A stretch of DNA of 63,555 bases, the filler included, from Intoshia linei (Eukaryota > Animalia > Orthonectida): assembly GCA_001642005.1 (NCBI GenBank). It is 7 parts of 7 records of this genome, joined end to end, with 100 filler letters (N's around TTAATTAATTAA, not from the genome) between each part and the next. Parts side by side here need not be neighbours in the genome. Positions count along the whole stretch, not along the records: positions 1 to 26,396 come from LWCA01000474.1; 6 more parts are not named here. One strand, given 5' to 3'. Of the stretch, positions 1 through 13,308 are shown piece after piece (within the stretch, counting starts at the first letter, position 1; the number at the start of each line of letters is the position of its first letter). The notes below the pieces were generated by a model. The model saw only the letters and a program-made list of their open reading frames with translations. It made no database searches and was not told the origin of the DNA. The translations under genes were made by a program, and so were the position numbers.

Positions 1-144
1 AGGTTGAAATTTATCTTAATATACGTCCCGGAAAAAACTGTAATTGAAATGTGGTCTTAAAAAAATTCTAAGATGGGTAGTTATTTAAATAAAGTTGAAC
101 ACACACACAAACCAAAATCGCGTAGCCTTTGATATAAATTAGGA
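1..144 (-). mobile_element. Helitron 5' portion (same family as copies at 3884, 44488 and 56333)
   Basis: Reverse complement of the ...GTGTGTGTTCAACTTTA...CCACATTTCAATTACAGTTTTT block seen at 3884-4110. Confidence 0.6.
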
Positions 145-268
145 TTATTATAATAGGTAACTATAACTAGTTAATGAATTATGTAATAAATATATAACTA
201 AAATAAAATAAAATACGATCTTTTGATTTACGATCTTTTGAATGGACACGAATAGTTTTATACTTTAA

Positions 269-697
269 CTAGGTTGACTGTAATGTACTACGTACAAACA
301 GAACTTAGCTCTGACGAGGGCACATCTTTATTAACTGCTTAATTTAAAAATTATTCCAAAGTATGTTTTATAAAGTATTTCAAATATGTTTGATTTTTAA
401 AATAAAGGTAATTTAATGGTTTGACCATGAAGGTATGCGTTTCTGAGGCTGAAATTTACGACAATGTTAATGATCTTAAAACGCGTCCCATAATTAATGT
501 TTTTTTGAATTTTGGGGTTAATTTTATTTTAAAAAAAAGGGTGAATTGGGTTTTTGACTTTTAAGAACTCATTTTTGGAAAAATTATTTTTTTTGAAACT
601 GAGATATAAACATCACTTACTAAACCTTGTTTTAGAAATTGGGTATTTTTTAAATAAACAGTAACGCACAGACCATCATTTTTATATAAGTAAAGGA
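269..697 (-). mobile_element. Non-autonomous Helitron, complete short copy
   Basis: On the minus strand it starts A|TCCTTTACTTATATAAAA and ends with hairpin CTGTTTGTAC-GTA-GTACATTACAG followed by CTAG|T, the classic Helitron termini with an A/T target and no TSD. Confidence 0.75.
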
Positions 698-1651
698 TAA
701 ATTTTCGCATTGCTCCACGGTTCTAGAGGTTACATCACCGACAAGCATATTATTTTTTTATTTCAAATTTTTGAAAGCATACGATCATTGATCAACTTTT
801 TTTGACCCCAAATTTATTTAATGTCTAGATACATCCCTATTTATACAGAAAAACTGAAATTAATGAAAAAATTTGAACTTTAAAAAAGTGGTTCACTATT
901 TCGCCCACAGTAAATTGCCCCGCTTAGTTTGTTGCTACTGTTCACAAATCTGTTAAATATTATACAATGTAAAGAAATTAATAAATATTTACATTTATTA
1001 AGTACTTATAAGTAACACATTAAATTATCATAAAACACTAAAAATCAATAAAACATCGATAATATCGTAACATTATAAATTTAAATGACATAATTTACTA
1101 TATTCCAATGCATCACCCATTTAAATGTGTAGCTCAATTTTACTAAAATTGTAATCCCGTTAATACACGTCTACATTTTATGTATTTGTACTAATGTTTA
1201 TTAATATTTCTTCTGTAATTGATCAATATTTAAATTGTTATTTTAAACAAAATAATGTCCACACTGGAATGTTCTTTTGAATAATTATATAGAGTATGTT
1301 TTGAATAGAATTAATGATTTTGTAGAGTATATTCATTTTTTGCTTCGTTTATAAAAATAATTTACCAATCGAACAATTTATATGCATTATACTCAATTAT
1401 TTTTAATAATTATAATTGAAGTCATTTTAACTATAAAATCATTTATTAAGAATTTTAAATAATTTAACTAAAGTAAAAGTATATTTTTACTATAGTATTT
1501 TAATGAAACTATCTAAGCAATTTACATAAGTGTAACTAACTTGACTATTCGTATTTGTTTACACATTTTATATGCTCTATAAGCCTAATTTTGTTTTAGT
1601 ATTTTTATATTCATTCAATTTGTCTACCAGCTATCAGTTAAATTACCAATC

Positions 1652-4600
1652 ATGTCAAATAATCCAACTACAAACCTCTCGAAAAGTGTCTTGGATCCTG
1701 AAAAATTGAGACAAATTAGTGTTAGAGGTAATTATTTTTAATTAATCTTATTCTGTTTAGGGATTGCTGTTTATGACGATGTTAAATCATTTATTAATCT
1801 TTTTAATCGACATCTACATTATAATTTGGTCAAAGATAGAAATGTAGCGACAGACCACGACTACTTTTACGCGGCTGCTTATGCTGCTAGAGACCATTTA
1901 TGTAGTAGATGGATCAGAACACTGCAACATTACAAATTGAAAGATCCCAAGGTTATTACATTTTTAGATTAATTTATACCAGTTGGATAATTTAAATCAA
2001 ATAAAATCTAGTTTATATTACTGACATTGACTTAAAGTTTAGTCTTGGACTAATCAATTTCATTCATTAATGTTTTCAAGTTGTTTTTAAAATAATCACG
2101 ATTGTATAAAATCTGTGGAATAATTACAAATGTAAAAATGTTATTATTTATTTTTCATAGTATAATGGCCACGACTTTCTAGATTCCACAAAACGGAATT
2201 TATAACAAATATGTTCCTATCATATTTTGAATTGTTCAATCCGCGAATTATCGGAAATTTAAGTTTAATTTAATTTAACGCAAAATTTAAGTTAGATTTT
2301 AATAATTTATTTTGTCATTTTTAATAATGTCAATGTTTTTTTTGTCATATGTCTTTAAAGGATATCCATGTTGTGCAAACGTTCTCAAATTAACAGAATA
2401 TTGACCAGATAGTGATTGATCAAATTTATGATCAAATTTTATAAACTCAAATCAACAGACTGTGATTGACTTGATAGACAATTTGATTAGATCCATACTG
2501 ATGGTCTATTTATAAAATGTTTTATTTTTGAATATCAATAAAATGTATGTTTGCTTTAGTTTTTATTGAGAATGAGCAACTAGAATATTAAACAGTTGTT
2601 CCATGTTAAATGATCAATATTGTGAATAGTAATTCAAAATAAATTCAGCATTGAAAAACATTATTAAAATTTTATTATACGGATTTTACTTTTTTAAGAC
2701 GATTTTACGAGCTGCGACGTTTGCCAACCCCAACATTATACTATTATTATATATTATATATAATTATAATACGATAATTATAATTACGATATATAATAAT
2801 TATTATACTGTGTATCATGGATTATAATAATTATTAGTAATTGTTATAATCATAAAAAAATTCATTGCAATATTAAATATTTTATACCTGTAGATCAGTG
2901 TTTCTTAACCTTTTTTACTTTAGGGCGCACCTGTGAAATAAATATAATAAAATAAAGATTTTGGCGCACCTTAAATTTTGTTAATAAAAAAACACATCGA
3001 TATTAGAAAATGTGCAACGATTAAAAACGATAAAAATATAAAATCATAATAATAATACAAAAATATTTCTATTTAATGATTTAGTAAAAAACATTTGATG
3101 TATAATGAAATGTTGACATTTTTGATGTTCAATATATTATTTACATAAATATAAATACTAATAATATAATAAATACCAAAAGTTTCATCAAGAATTTTCA
3201 AAGTAAAAGTTTGACATTAATTTTTAAAAATTTATAAAATAAAGTCAAATTTCTTTGCGGCGCATCTGAACTCTACTCGTTGCGCACAAGTGCGCCGAGG
3301 CGCACCGATTAAGAATCACTACTGTAGGTTGTAGAGAAGGGTTTCACGATATGGGTATTTTAAAATTTTGGCGCCATCAATTTAAATTTTTAATAAGAAT
3401 ATTCTTAAACCCAACCATTTGTACTAAAAATACATTTACCAACCTTAAAGGGAAAATTCATTTTCACAAACCCTTATGTGAACTATTCAATTTTATCAAC
3501 TCTTAAGGAAAAACCCACTTTTACAATTTCTATAAAGATTTTTACTAAATTCCAACTATTTTTACTTAAATTCAACCATTTTTACTTAAATCCAATCATT
3601 TTTACTAAAAATATAAATTTACCAACCCTTTAGGGAAAATTCCTGTTTTACCAAACCTTAAGGGAAAAATCCAGTTTTATCAATCCTAAAATGAAAAAAT
3701 CAGTTTTATCAAACTTTTAGGGAAAATTCCACTTTTACCTACCCTTAAGGGAAAAATTCAGTCTTACCAACCCTTAAGGGATTAATCCAATTTAACAATC
3801 CCTAAAACGAAAAATGCAGTTTTACCAACCCTAAAAGTTTAAAATTTTAACTGCATTTTTAATTATAATACATTACAATATAATCCTTACTTATATAATA
3901 TGCTACGCGCTTTTTGTTTGTGTGTGTGTTCAACTTTAATTAAATAACTACCCATCTTAAAATTTTATAAAGTCCACATTTCAATTACAGTTTTTTCTGG
4001 AGGTGTTCGAAAATATCTTTCAACTTCCCAAACTCACATCTTACAGGTTAAAAACCCCAATTGCCTTTTTTTGAAAATCAAACAGGTTGGAGAATTTAAA
4101 AAAATATACGTTATAATTTTCATTGTAATATTGTATTGATTTATCGTGATTTTTTTGTGAAATGTGCGCATCCAAGGAAACTTTTTGGAAACGACTACTT
4201 CAACGGACGCGTTCCGAATCAGAAATTTGAACTATATCATATGAAATAATTAGTATTACATTTAAATTACTTTAAATGTATATTGTGACGATTTAATTTA
4301 ATTTTAATTTATATAATTTAGAAAGTATACTACATATCCTTAGAATTTTATATGGGCAGAACTTTAACAAATACATTATTAAATTTGGGAATACAAAGTA
4401 TATGTGATGATGCACTGTATCAAGTATTTTATATCAAATATTTGTTATAGATAGATTTGTACGGTTTTAAAAACGTACTGACTATTTTATGAATCGACGT
4501 TTAAAGTAAAATAAAAGTGAAATAGTGATACTGTTATAAATATAATTATACGATTCAAAACTAATTTAAATTTAAATATAATCTGATAATACCATTTTAT

Positions 4601-7600
4601 ATAAGATAGTGAACCCTATAATTGATATATTTTTATGTATTTAGATGGGATTAAATTTGGAAGATATTGAAGAAGTTGAAGTGGATGCAGGATTAGGAAA
4701 TGGTGGTTTAGGTCGTTTAGCAGCTTGTTTCCTAGATTCGATGGCTTCTTTAGGTATAGCTGGTTTTGGTTATGGTATACGTTACGATTACGGATTGTTT
4801 ACTCAAAAAATCATTGATGGGTGGCAACATGAGGAAGCTGATGATTGGCTACGATGTGCTAATCCATGGGAAATGTAAATTTTTATTAAATTTATATATT
4901 ATTAATAATAATAATCTATACAAAATGTCTGATTATAATGTTTGATAAAATGGGTTAAATAATGTCAGTAAAAATTTTGTGCTGGTGGTGCAGTTTTGCA
5001 CATTACTAATATTTATTTGTAGAAATTATTAAATTTTAAAGAATTGGCTGAGCGGTACAGATACATTTTATGAATTTATGATTTATTAATGGTAAAAAGG
5101 TACCCCTTTTCATACCAATGATTTGATGCGAGGTAGTTACTTTTTATGGGGATTAATTAATTTGTCAGTATTTTAACTAAATACTGACATTTTTTAATAA
5201 AAAATTTTCTGTATTTTCAACATAAAATTGTCAGTATACACATTAAAAAATCAGTAATAAAAAGTATTTTGTCAGTATTCAATTACATATTTGTCAGTTT
5301 TTAATTGCTTTCTTGTCAGTACATAATTGCATTTTTGTCAGTAAATATATTAACTAGATCAGTATTCATCGAAAATTGTAAGTAACTTAACAAAAAAGTA
5401 TGTAGAAATAAACACATTTTATAAAATAATATTTTATCAGTAAAAAAATTGAATGTAAGTTTGATGATTTTGGAGTGTCAGTATAAAAATTAAAAATCTA
5501 GTTTTTGAAAATTTATTTTATAAAATACAATTACATGTAATTAATACATAAGAGCTTTAGTAGCTCTTTTTGGTCGTTCTCTTGACCTTTTTTACTAATT
5601 TTTCCTTGTTTTGCTGCTGGTGGGACGATTAATTAATTTGTCAGTATTTAACAAACCAAATTATGTAATTATGTCAATCCCTTTAATCTTTTTTATATCT
5701 CTCACTTGTCTTTATTATTATCCTTGTTAAGTTAATAATTAGGTTAATTTTATGAAATACTTTATATAATTATATCATCCACTACAGACCCAAGTTAAAA
5801 CTGAAATATTAAGATATTACCATATTATATCTAGAAACCAAATTACAAAAAAATTAAAAATATTCTATGCTGTTCACACCAGAAAATATTTTTTTATGAG
5901 AAAAAATTATGTCAATTAATATGTTAATTAATTGTGTCAGTATTTTTCTTATTGATTTGTCATTATTTTTCAGAATTGTAGATGGTTTGTCAGTATTTTA
6001 GGTGCCTATACTGACAAAATAATTTTTTTTACTGCCTTTCTAATTTAAATACTGAAAATCAATTATTTATACTGACAAACCATCTACAATAATGAAAAAT
6101 CAGTAAGAAAAATACTGACACAATAAATGCACGCCCTTTTTATGAACATCAGTCCATATATATTTTTATCATTTGTTTGTGTGATGTTAACAATACGAAA
6201 GGATCTATATTTTTTGAAAAATATGACTAAAATGAAATGAATCCATTTTTATGAAAAAGTCGTACTAATACGTAATAAATATCATATGTGGCAATGCGGT
6301 GGATTTAACCCTATGGGTATACACTGTGTCATGCTAATAGAAATATTTTAGTTTAATTTGAACCTTTTTGGATCTAATTTATTTAATTTTTATGGAAATT
6401 TTAAATTATATTCATTAAAGTGACTTAGATTAACCGTTCATTATTAAAGATTAAGAAACAGAGATAGGACCCTATTATTTTATTATCTGATAGGGACTCC
6501 TGATGGCTCGGTCACGCTTTGTCCATACTGAAAATTATTTCAATCTATACTCTATATATACTTTATATATACCTATATATTAATTTTTCTGAAGTACAAA
6601 AATTCTTAACTACTTAAAATGACTAGCATCATAATTATACTAAAACAATTTCAGTTCAAATTAAAAGCTGTAGATACGTAAAACATTTTATTTTTTTTTT
6701 TAATGATAATAATGGTTGATTATTAATTGTATAAAATGAAATGACCTGCAAATATAATAAGTGGAATGAAACTAAAAATATTTTTATTTTTTCATTGTTT
6801 TATTGCAGTGATTCTCGGTTAAAATAATGTACAGACACACTTTCAAAATATTTATTTTTTAGACCCCAAGGGAAACATGAAATATAAAACATTAATGAAT
6901 AAATTAAAGGTTTTCATCATAGGATTTAGTAATATCGTGTTATTTAAGAAAAATGGGAAAAAGAGGATATTTCCCTTAAGCGTTGGTAATATTGGAGTTT
7001 TATTTTGTGGTTGGAATAAGAGGTTTTTCTCATAAAATTTGGTAAAATCGTGTTTTTCAAAAAAATATTGGAAAAAGGGTATTTTTCCCTTAAATTTTGG
7101 TAACATTGGATTTTTTATTTTGTGGTTTGTGAAGTGGATTTTGTTCATAAGGTTTCGTAAAATCGAATTTTTCAAAAAAATATCGTTAAAAATGCATTTT
7201 TCCATAGGGCTTGAAATGTTATTTTTTATTAAATTTTATTAATGGTGGATAAAAGTGGGATTTTTAAAATAATAATTTAGCGGTCGTCTAGGCCTTGGGA
7301 TAATCAACATGTAGAAACACTGTAAAAAATATTAAAAAGTCTCGCATAAAAATAAACAAAAGTTAATCAAAATGTTTCTATATTATATTTGAATGTCACC
7401 GACCCCAGACTTATAATTTTGAACACCAATCGGGAACCACTGTTTTAATGTATACATAATATATAAAAAATTCCAATAAAATGGAATGACATTTTCTTTT
7501 AGGACCAATTATTCCGTTAACCAGGAATTAACCTGTATTTTTTTTAAATTTGACAAAGACAATGTATGTTTAATAAATATTATGTATATTTTTTTGGACT

Positions 7601-10600
7601 AACAAACCAACATCAATTTAATAAAATTGATATCCACACTTTAGTATTATTTGAAATGTAAAATTATAAAATTATGATTACAGTAATATTTAGAGCTCGA
7701 CCAGAGTACACGGTTCCAGTTGGTTTTGGAGGATATGTGGAAGTTATAAATGGAAAAAGTATTTGGAAAAAAGATGTCACTATTCTAGCAGTACCGTACG
7801 ATACACCTATTCCGGGGTACAGAAATAATGTAGTAAATACATTACGTTTGTGGTCAGCTAAAGCCAATAATGCATTTGAATTTGAAAGATGTAAGGTTTA
7901 TAATAGAGGTCATGAAAGGAATTTTTATTAAAATAAATTATTAGTGTGACAATGTAAATTGTGCACATTTATTATTGTAATAATAATTATTTATCATTGC
8001 ACTTTTTAAAACAATTAAAGAAGTAATACTATTCCTCACAGTTTCTGACCTCATATATTTATAATACAAAATTTGATATTCAATTTAGTTAACGTTGGAG
8101 AATATGTTGATTCTGTCATTGAAAAAACTCAAGCCGAAAATATTAGCAAAGTTTTGTATCCAAATGACAATGTATATTTTTAATATTATAATGGGTGTGA
8201 CTATGAAAAAAATAAAAATTTCATGGACACATGGCCATGAGAGGGCTGTGATGGGCCGATTATTCTAATTAAATAAATTTGATGTTAGAAAAGGTTTTTA
8301 TATGGTTTTGTCCAATTTTTTTTAAATGTGTATATAGGGTTCTACAATTTTAATCTGACTGGGCCGACTGTTATACTTTTATATTTGTGAGTTTTATACT
8401 TGATTTAAAAATTGATAAGTCGTGTTAATCATATAATATACATAACATGAAATAATATTTTATTAGGCATTTTCTGGCAAAGCCTTACGTTTAAAACAGG
8501 AATATTTTTTGGTGGCGGCCTCTGTTACGGATACTATTAGAAAATTTAAAGGCACAAATGCATACAAGAAAAATTTGCATTCTAGAAAAAAACTATGGAC
8601 AGATGTTTATTCTGAAAAGGTAATTTTAGTTCATGGTAAATTAGCGTAAAAGTATAGTTTGGTTGTTATTTCTCTATTTGTTGATATTTATATACATTAA
8701 GGTTGCATTACAACTAAATGATACTCACCCTTCATTGGCTATACCAGAACTTATGAGAGTATTAATGGACGAAGAAGGAATATCATATGAGGATGTAATT
8801 AAACATTTTTAGTGATTAATATTTAAACATACTAGGCATGGAGGTGTACTAAAATGTCCTGTTCATATACTAACCATACTGTTTTACCTGAAGCGCTAGA
8901 ACGGTATTGATTTTAAATTTTTATCAACTAAATATAGTCAATTTAAAATATGTCATATTAATAAAATAAACAGTAAATGCTATTTTCGAGTATCGGAGGT
9001 GCGAGAAAATTTTTCTAAAAATTTTTCATTTTTGTATAAAAACTATCAAATATTGACAATATAAAATTTGTAAATTTGACGCATATAAAACATTATGATT
9101 CCAAAACCAAAGTATGGAAACATTATATTATATCGCTGTATTTATTTATATATTTATATCTTTTTGACATTAGTTGGGAAGTGTCTCTTCTGGAAAAAGT
9201 TCTACCTCGTCATTTACAAATAATTTATGATATAAATGCACGATTTTTAGAGGTAATTGGTTGAAAGTCTTAAATATTTTTCTATTTTTTTGATTTATTT
9301 AGGAAGTAAAAAAAATTTATCCTGGAAATTTTGATATGATTCGAGATATGTCGATTGTTGAAGAATCCCCTGTAAAAAGCATAAATATGGCACATTTATC
9401 GATTGTTGGATCACATGCAATAAATGGAGTCGCAGAAATACATTCTAATATTATTAAAACTAAAACGTAATTTATCGCAACTTTGATTTTTTTAATTGTA
9501 TTTGAACTCATTAATTACATAATTCATGAAAAACTATGTAATTAGTGTAATTTAAAATTGAAATTGTAGTACCTTTCAAAAATTAAAATTGTTTATCAAT
9601 ACAATAAAATTATAATTTATTTTGGGTATTTTATTATTAATCAACTTAAAAATTAATTTTTAGATTTAAAAACTTTTATACCATTTGGCCTAAAAAATTT
9701 CAAAATAAAACTAATGGAATAACCCCTCGACGGTGGCTTATGCTGTGCAATCCTTCTCTCTCTCATTTCATTACTGAAGTAAATTTTATTTTTATATACA
9801 TAAGTATAATATATAGTACTAGCTTGGCTATTTTGTATTTCCTATAAACAGAACCTAGTTTTGCCGACGGTGGACTTTTCTAATTCTACTAAAAAAATTT
9901 ACCTGAACCTCTGGAAAAAAAACTTTTTAACAAAAAGTTTTTTTTATAATAAAGTACAAAAAAATTCTCGTAAAAACGCTCTTTTGAAAATATGATACTA
10001 AAAAAATACCATAAAAACCCTCTTTAAAATTTGGGGAAAAAAGTTTTGTTAAAAAGTTTTTTTGAAAATAAAGTACAAAAAAAATCCCATAGAATCTCTT
10101 TTGAAAATGATGACTAAAAAACATGGAGCTCGACGAAATTTTTGTAAAATGTGTGGCCATTAAAAATTATATCTTTGAATATCATAACTATTTTGTGTCT
10201 AAAATTTAAAATTTCAAGTCAAGAATATGTTAATAGTCAACATTTGCTATACTCTTTAATAATTTTTGGTTTTCCATTTTTTGAGGAATCGCTAAACCTA
10301 TTAAACCAGTGGCCACCAAACTTTTTGACATGGGGGCCGGAATAACTACAAAAAAAATCGACGGGCCAGATGGAAAATTACGATTTAAAATAAATAAGTT
10401 TTTTATGATTTATAAATGACAAGTCGATAGTATATATTTAAAATCTATGTCGATGATATATGATAATTTGTAAGATATTACCGGTGTATTTTGTAATTGA
10501 TTTGTAGTTCGCGGGCCCTAGTTTGGTGATCACTGTATTAAACTATCCAAAGTATAGCAAATCATGTTATATTTAATTTTAATTTTTCATATTATTAATA

Positions 10601-12029
10601 ATTATATTTAAAAAAATTTAGAAAATTGGAGAAAATTGGGTTCATAATTTATCAGATTTACAAAAATTGAAGGCTTTTGTAAATAACGAACAATTCATGA
10701 GTCAAGTTCAAGAAGCTAAAATTGTATATTGATTGAATTGATTGAATTATTTTGTTTATTAGACTAATAAAAAGCGATTAGCAAAATATATTTATGAAAA
10801 TCTTGATATTACTGTAGATCCAAATTCTCTGTTTGATATACACGTTAAACGAATTCACGAATACAAAAGACAACTACTAAACATTTTTCATGCTATTACA
10901 CTTTACAACACTATCTTGGCTCATCCGAATAGAGAATTTGTAGCTAGGACTATCATTATGGGCGGAAAGGTGATCCATTTTAAATTAAAAAAATATATGC
11001 TAATATTTAGGCTGCACCAGGATATATTACGGCTAAATTGATAATAAAACTTTTTAATGGGGTAGCAAAGGTTGTCAACAATAATCCACGTACTAATTGT
11101 ATTTTGAAAATGGTGTTTATAGAAAATTATCGTGTTTCATTGGCTGAAATTGTTATACCGGCCGCTGATCTATCTGAGCAAATTTCTACTGCTGGAACAG
11201 AAGCTTCTGGGACGGGAAATATGAAGTTTCAGGTATCAAAGTTTTGATGATTATTTTTTTATTAAATGTAAACATTTAGCTGAATGGGTCACTCACTATT
11301 GGAACTCTTGATGGGTAATAATTGTTAAATTTTTTGCTAACATTTTTAGAGCAAATGTAGAAATGAGGGAGGAAATGGGAAAGGAAAATATATTCATTTT
11401 TGGCATGAATGTCAATGAAGTCGAAGAATTAGATAAAAAGGGGTAAACATTTTTGGAACGTTTACAATTATTTATTTATTTTTTGTTTAGATATAACCCA
11501 ATGGATTATTACAATTCAAATATTACTTTACGGGATGTTATTTATTCTATAAGGGGAGGTTTCTTCAGTGATGGAGATACTCATGTTTTTGAACCTCTCA
11601 TTTCTTCCGTATTATATCATGACAGGTTATTTATTCATTATTTTATTTTATTCATTATTTTAGATTTAAATTATTAGCCGATTATCAATCTTATATTGAC
11701 ATGCAAAAACAAGTAGAAAAAGATTATGTTGTAATATATATTTATAATTTCTATATTCACATTTGCTATAATATAAAAAAATTAATAACGTTTATTGTAT
11801 TTATGATATAAATTATCATGTAAAAATTTAGAACCAATCCAAATGGATAAAAATGTGCATTTATAACATTGCTTCATCTGGAAAATTTTCATCAGATAGA
11901 ACAATATGTGATTATGCTAAGGATATTTGGAATATACCCGTTGAACACCTTAAATTACCACCTCCATATGATACTCCAAAGCAAGAAATTGAAGATATTG
12001 AATCTGCTGGTCGCATTTCTAGAAATTAG
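1652..12029 (+). CDS. PYG: Glycogen phosphorylase, 20 exons, complete
   Basis: Exons, all joined by GT-AG introns in frame: 1652-1727, 1761-1951, 4322-4423, 4645-4874, 7694-7890, 8089-8171, 8467-8619, 8702-8794, 8836-8903, 9174-9252, 9303-9466, 9664-9778, 10622-10723, 10763-10969, 11011-11232, 11280-11314, 11350-11442, 11491-11625, 11664-11730, 11832-12029. Motifs: RQISVRG (Ser14 site), [82 protein letters not shown] (PLP lysine), GKFSSDRTI. Confidence 0.97.
2896..3321. mobile_element. hAT (Charlie-like) MITE
   Basis: TIRs CAGTGTTTCTTAACC and GATTAAGAATCACTA. 8-bp TSD CTGTAGAT / CTGTAGGT. Subterminal GCGCAC repeats. Confidence 0.75.
3398..3835 (+). repeat. Minisatellite of ~40-bp TTTTACCAACCCTTAAGGGAAAA units plus ~19-bp CAACCATTTTTACTTAAA units
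   Basis: Repeated direct units. Related arrays at 6900-7260 (reverse), 15075-15420 and 31700-31945. Confidence 0.8.
3884..4110 (+). mobile_element. Helitron 5' fragment in phosphorylase intron 2
   Basis: A|TCCTTACTTATATAATATGCTACGC plus a (TG)n tract. Close copies at 44488-44720 and 56333-56590. Confidence 0.65.
6806..7442. mobile_element. hAT MITE containing a ~40-bp minisatellite
   Basis: TIRs CAGTGATTCTCGGTT and AATCGGGAACCACTG. TSD TTTTATTG / TTTTAATG. Confidence 0.65.
10307..10535. mobile_element. hAT MITE
   Basis: TIRs CAGTGGCCACCAAAC and GTTTGGTGATCACTG. Perfect 8-bp TSD TATTAAAC. Confidence 0.85.
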
Positions 12030-12537
12030 AACCAGTGTATTATTATGTTAAAAATTACCTAATTGGAAATTAATGTCAACTTATTTATAATATATTGTTA
12101 CTAGACCATTTTTTATTGTTTATTTAAAAGTTACTATATTATTACGAAAATAAATGAATGCCGTAAATTATTATTTATAATTTTTATCAATTCAAACTTT
12201 ACATTTCATTTTTAATCAAAGTAAGCCTATTCAGGGTACTAAGATATTAATTGGGTCATAAAAGGCGGAAAATTTATTTTTAATTTCATCAACTCAAAAT
12301 CCAATTTTACTAAACCTTGAAAGATGTTAGAATCCCTCAGAGAATTCTTAAATTTAACGTCCCAGTTTTAGCAACACCCTTGTAATCTCACTTTAAATGT
12401 AAGAAATTACTCTTTTCATAAAGATTATACTATTATTTGTAAATAGATTTAAAGAGAATTACTATTATTTAAAAAATTTACATAAAATGAATTTAATTTA
12501 ATCAGTGTTATATAAATTCTTATTGAGAGTATCAATG

Positions 12538-12685
12538 CAGAGTTTCTCAAATTCCGGTTGGTGAAAAGTTTTAACGAATTATAAGTCAATCAGTCTTATT
12601 AAAAATTTGTTTAAGTTGCCTAGTAACTTCGTCTAATTTTGTAATTTATTACCGATACGCCGTCAAAGAAGTGTGGTAACTCCTG
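12538..12685. mobile_element. Degenerate hAT MITE
   Basis: CAGAGTTTCTCAAA ... GTGTGGTAACTCCTG with imperfect TSD TATCAATG / AATTAATG. Confidence 0.35.
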
Positions 12686-13308
12686 AATTAATGGATAAGG
12701 TAATAATAATATATATGCAAATACAGATATTACAGAAATACATAATTTTTTTAGCTATTTTTTGAATTGAGTCTTCACACTAGAAAAAGCAGATTCATAT
12801 AAAACAATAGAGTCTAAACAGTAATCAGAATATTCACTAAAGCTTAGCTAACTGTTTATTTTTTAAATATCATTCTGTGAAGTTAACCCCTTTAAATACT
12901 CTAATTTTGAAAATGATATAATAAAGCTTAAATCAAATAGAATAATGTACAAAGTGGATTTTGATTAATATGGGCAATAAAGATAAAATTTTAAACAAAG
13001 ATTTAAATTATCTTAAGTTCCCGATAATTGTAAATTGTATGTATGGAAAGCAGTAATATATTGATTATCTGTAGTTTTATTGATTATAGAAAATGGCTAT
13101 TCGATTGAATTGTGGATTAAAATGTATCAACTATATTAACATGTATCAGACGAGAGAATGTGATCTAGATATGCTGCAAAACTAACCAGAATTTGTTAAA
13201 TTATCTAATTTATTGATATATAATCTAATTTCATTGGAGATAGAAATAGCACGAATGATTAAAATTGAACAGCGTTAAAATATTAAATTAAACAAAACCA
13301 TTTTGAAA

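Noticed and set aside
3398-3835. CRISPR-like array
   Set aside because: Eukaryotic intron, degenerate units without unique spacers and no cas genes.
6852-7242. Overlapping ORFs on both strands
   Set aside because: They are translations of a minisatellite inside a hAT MITE.
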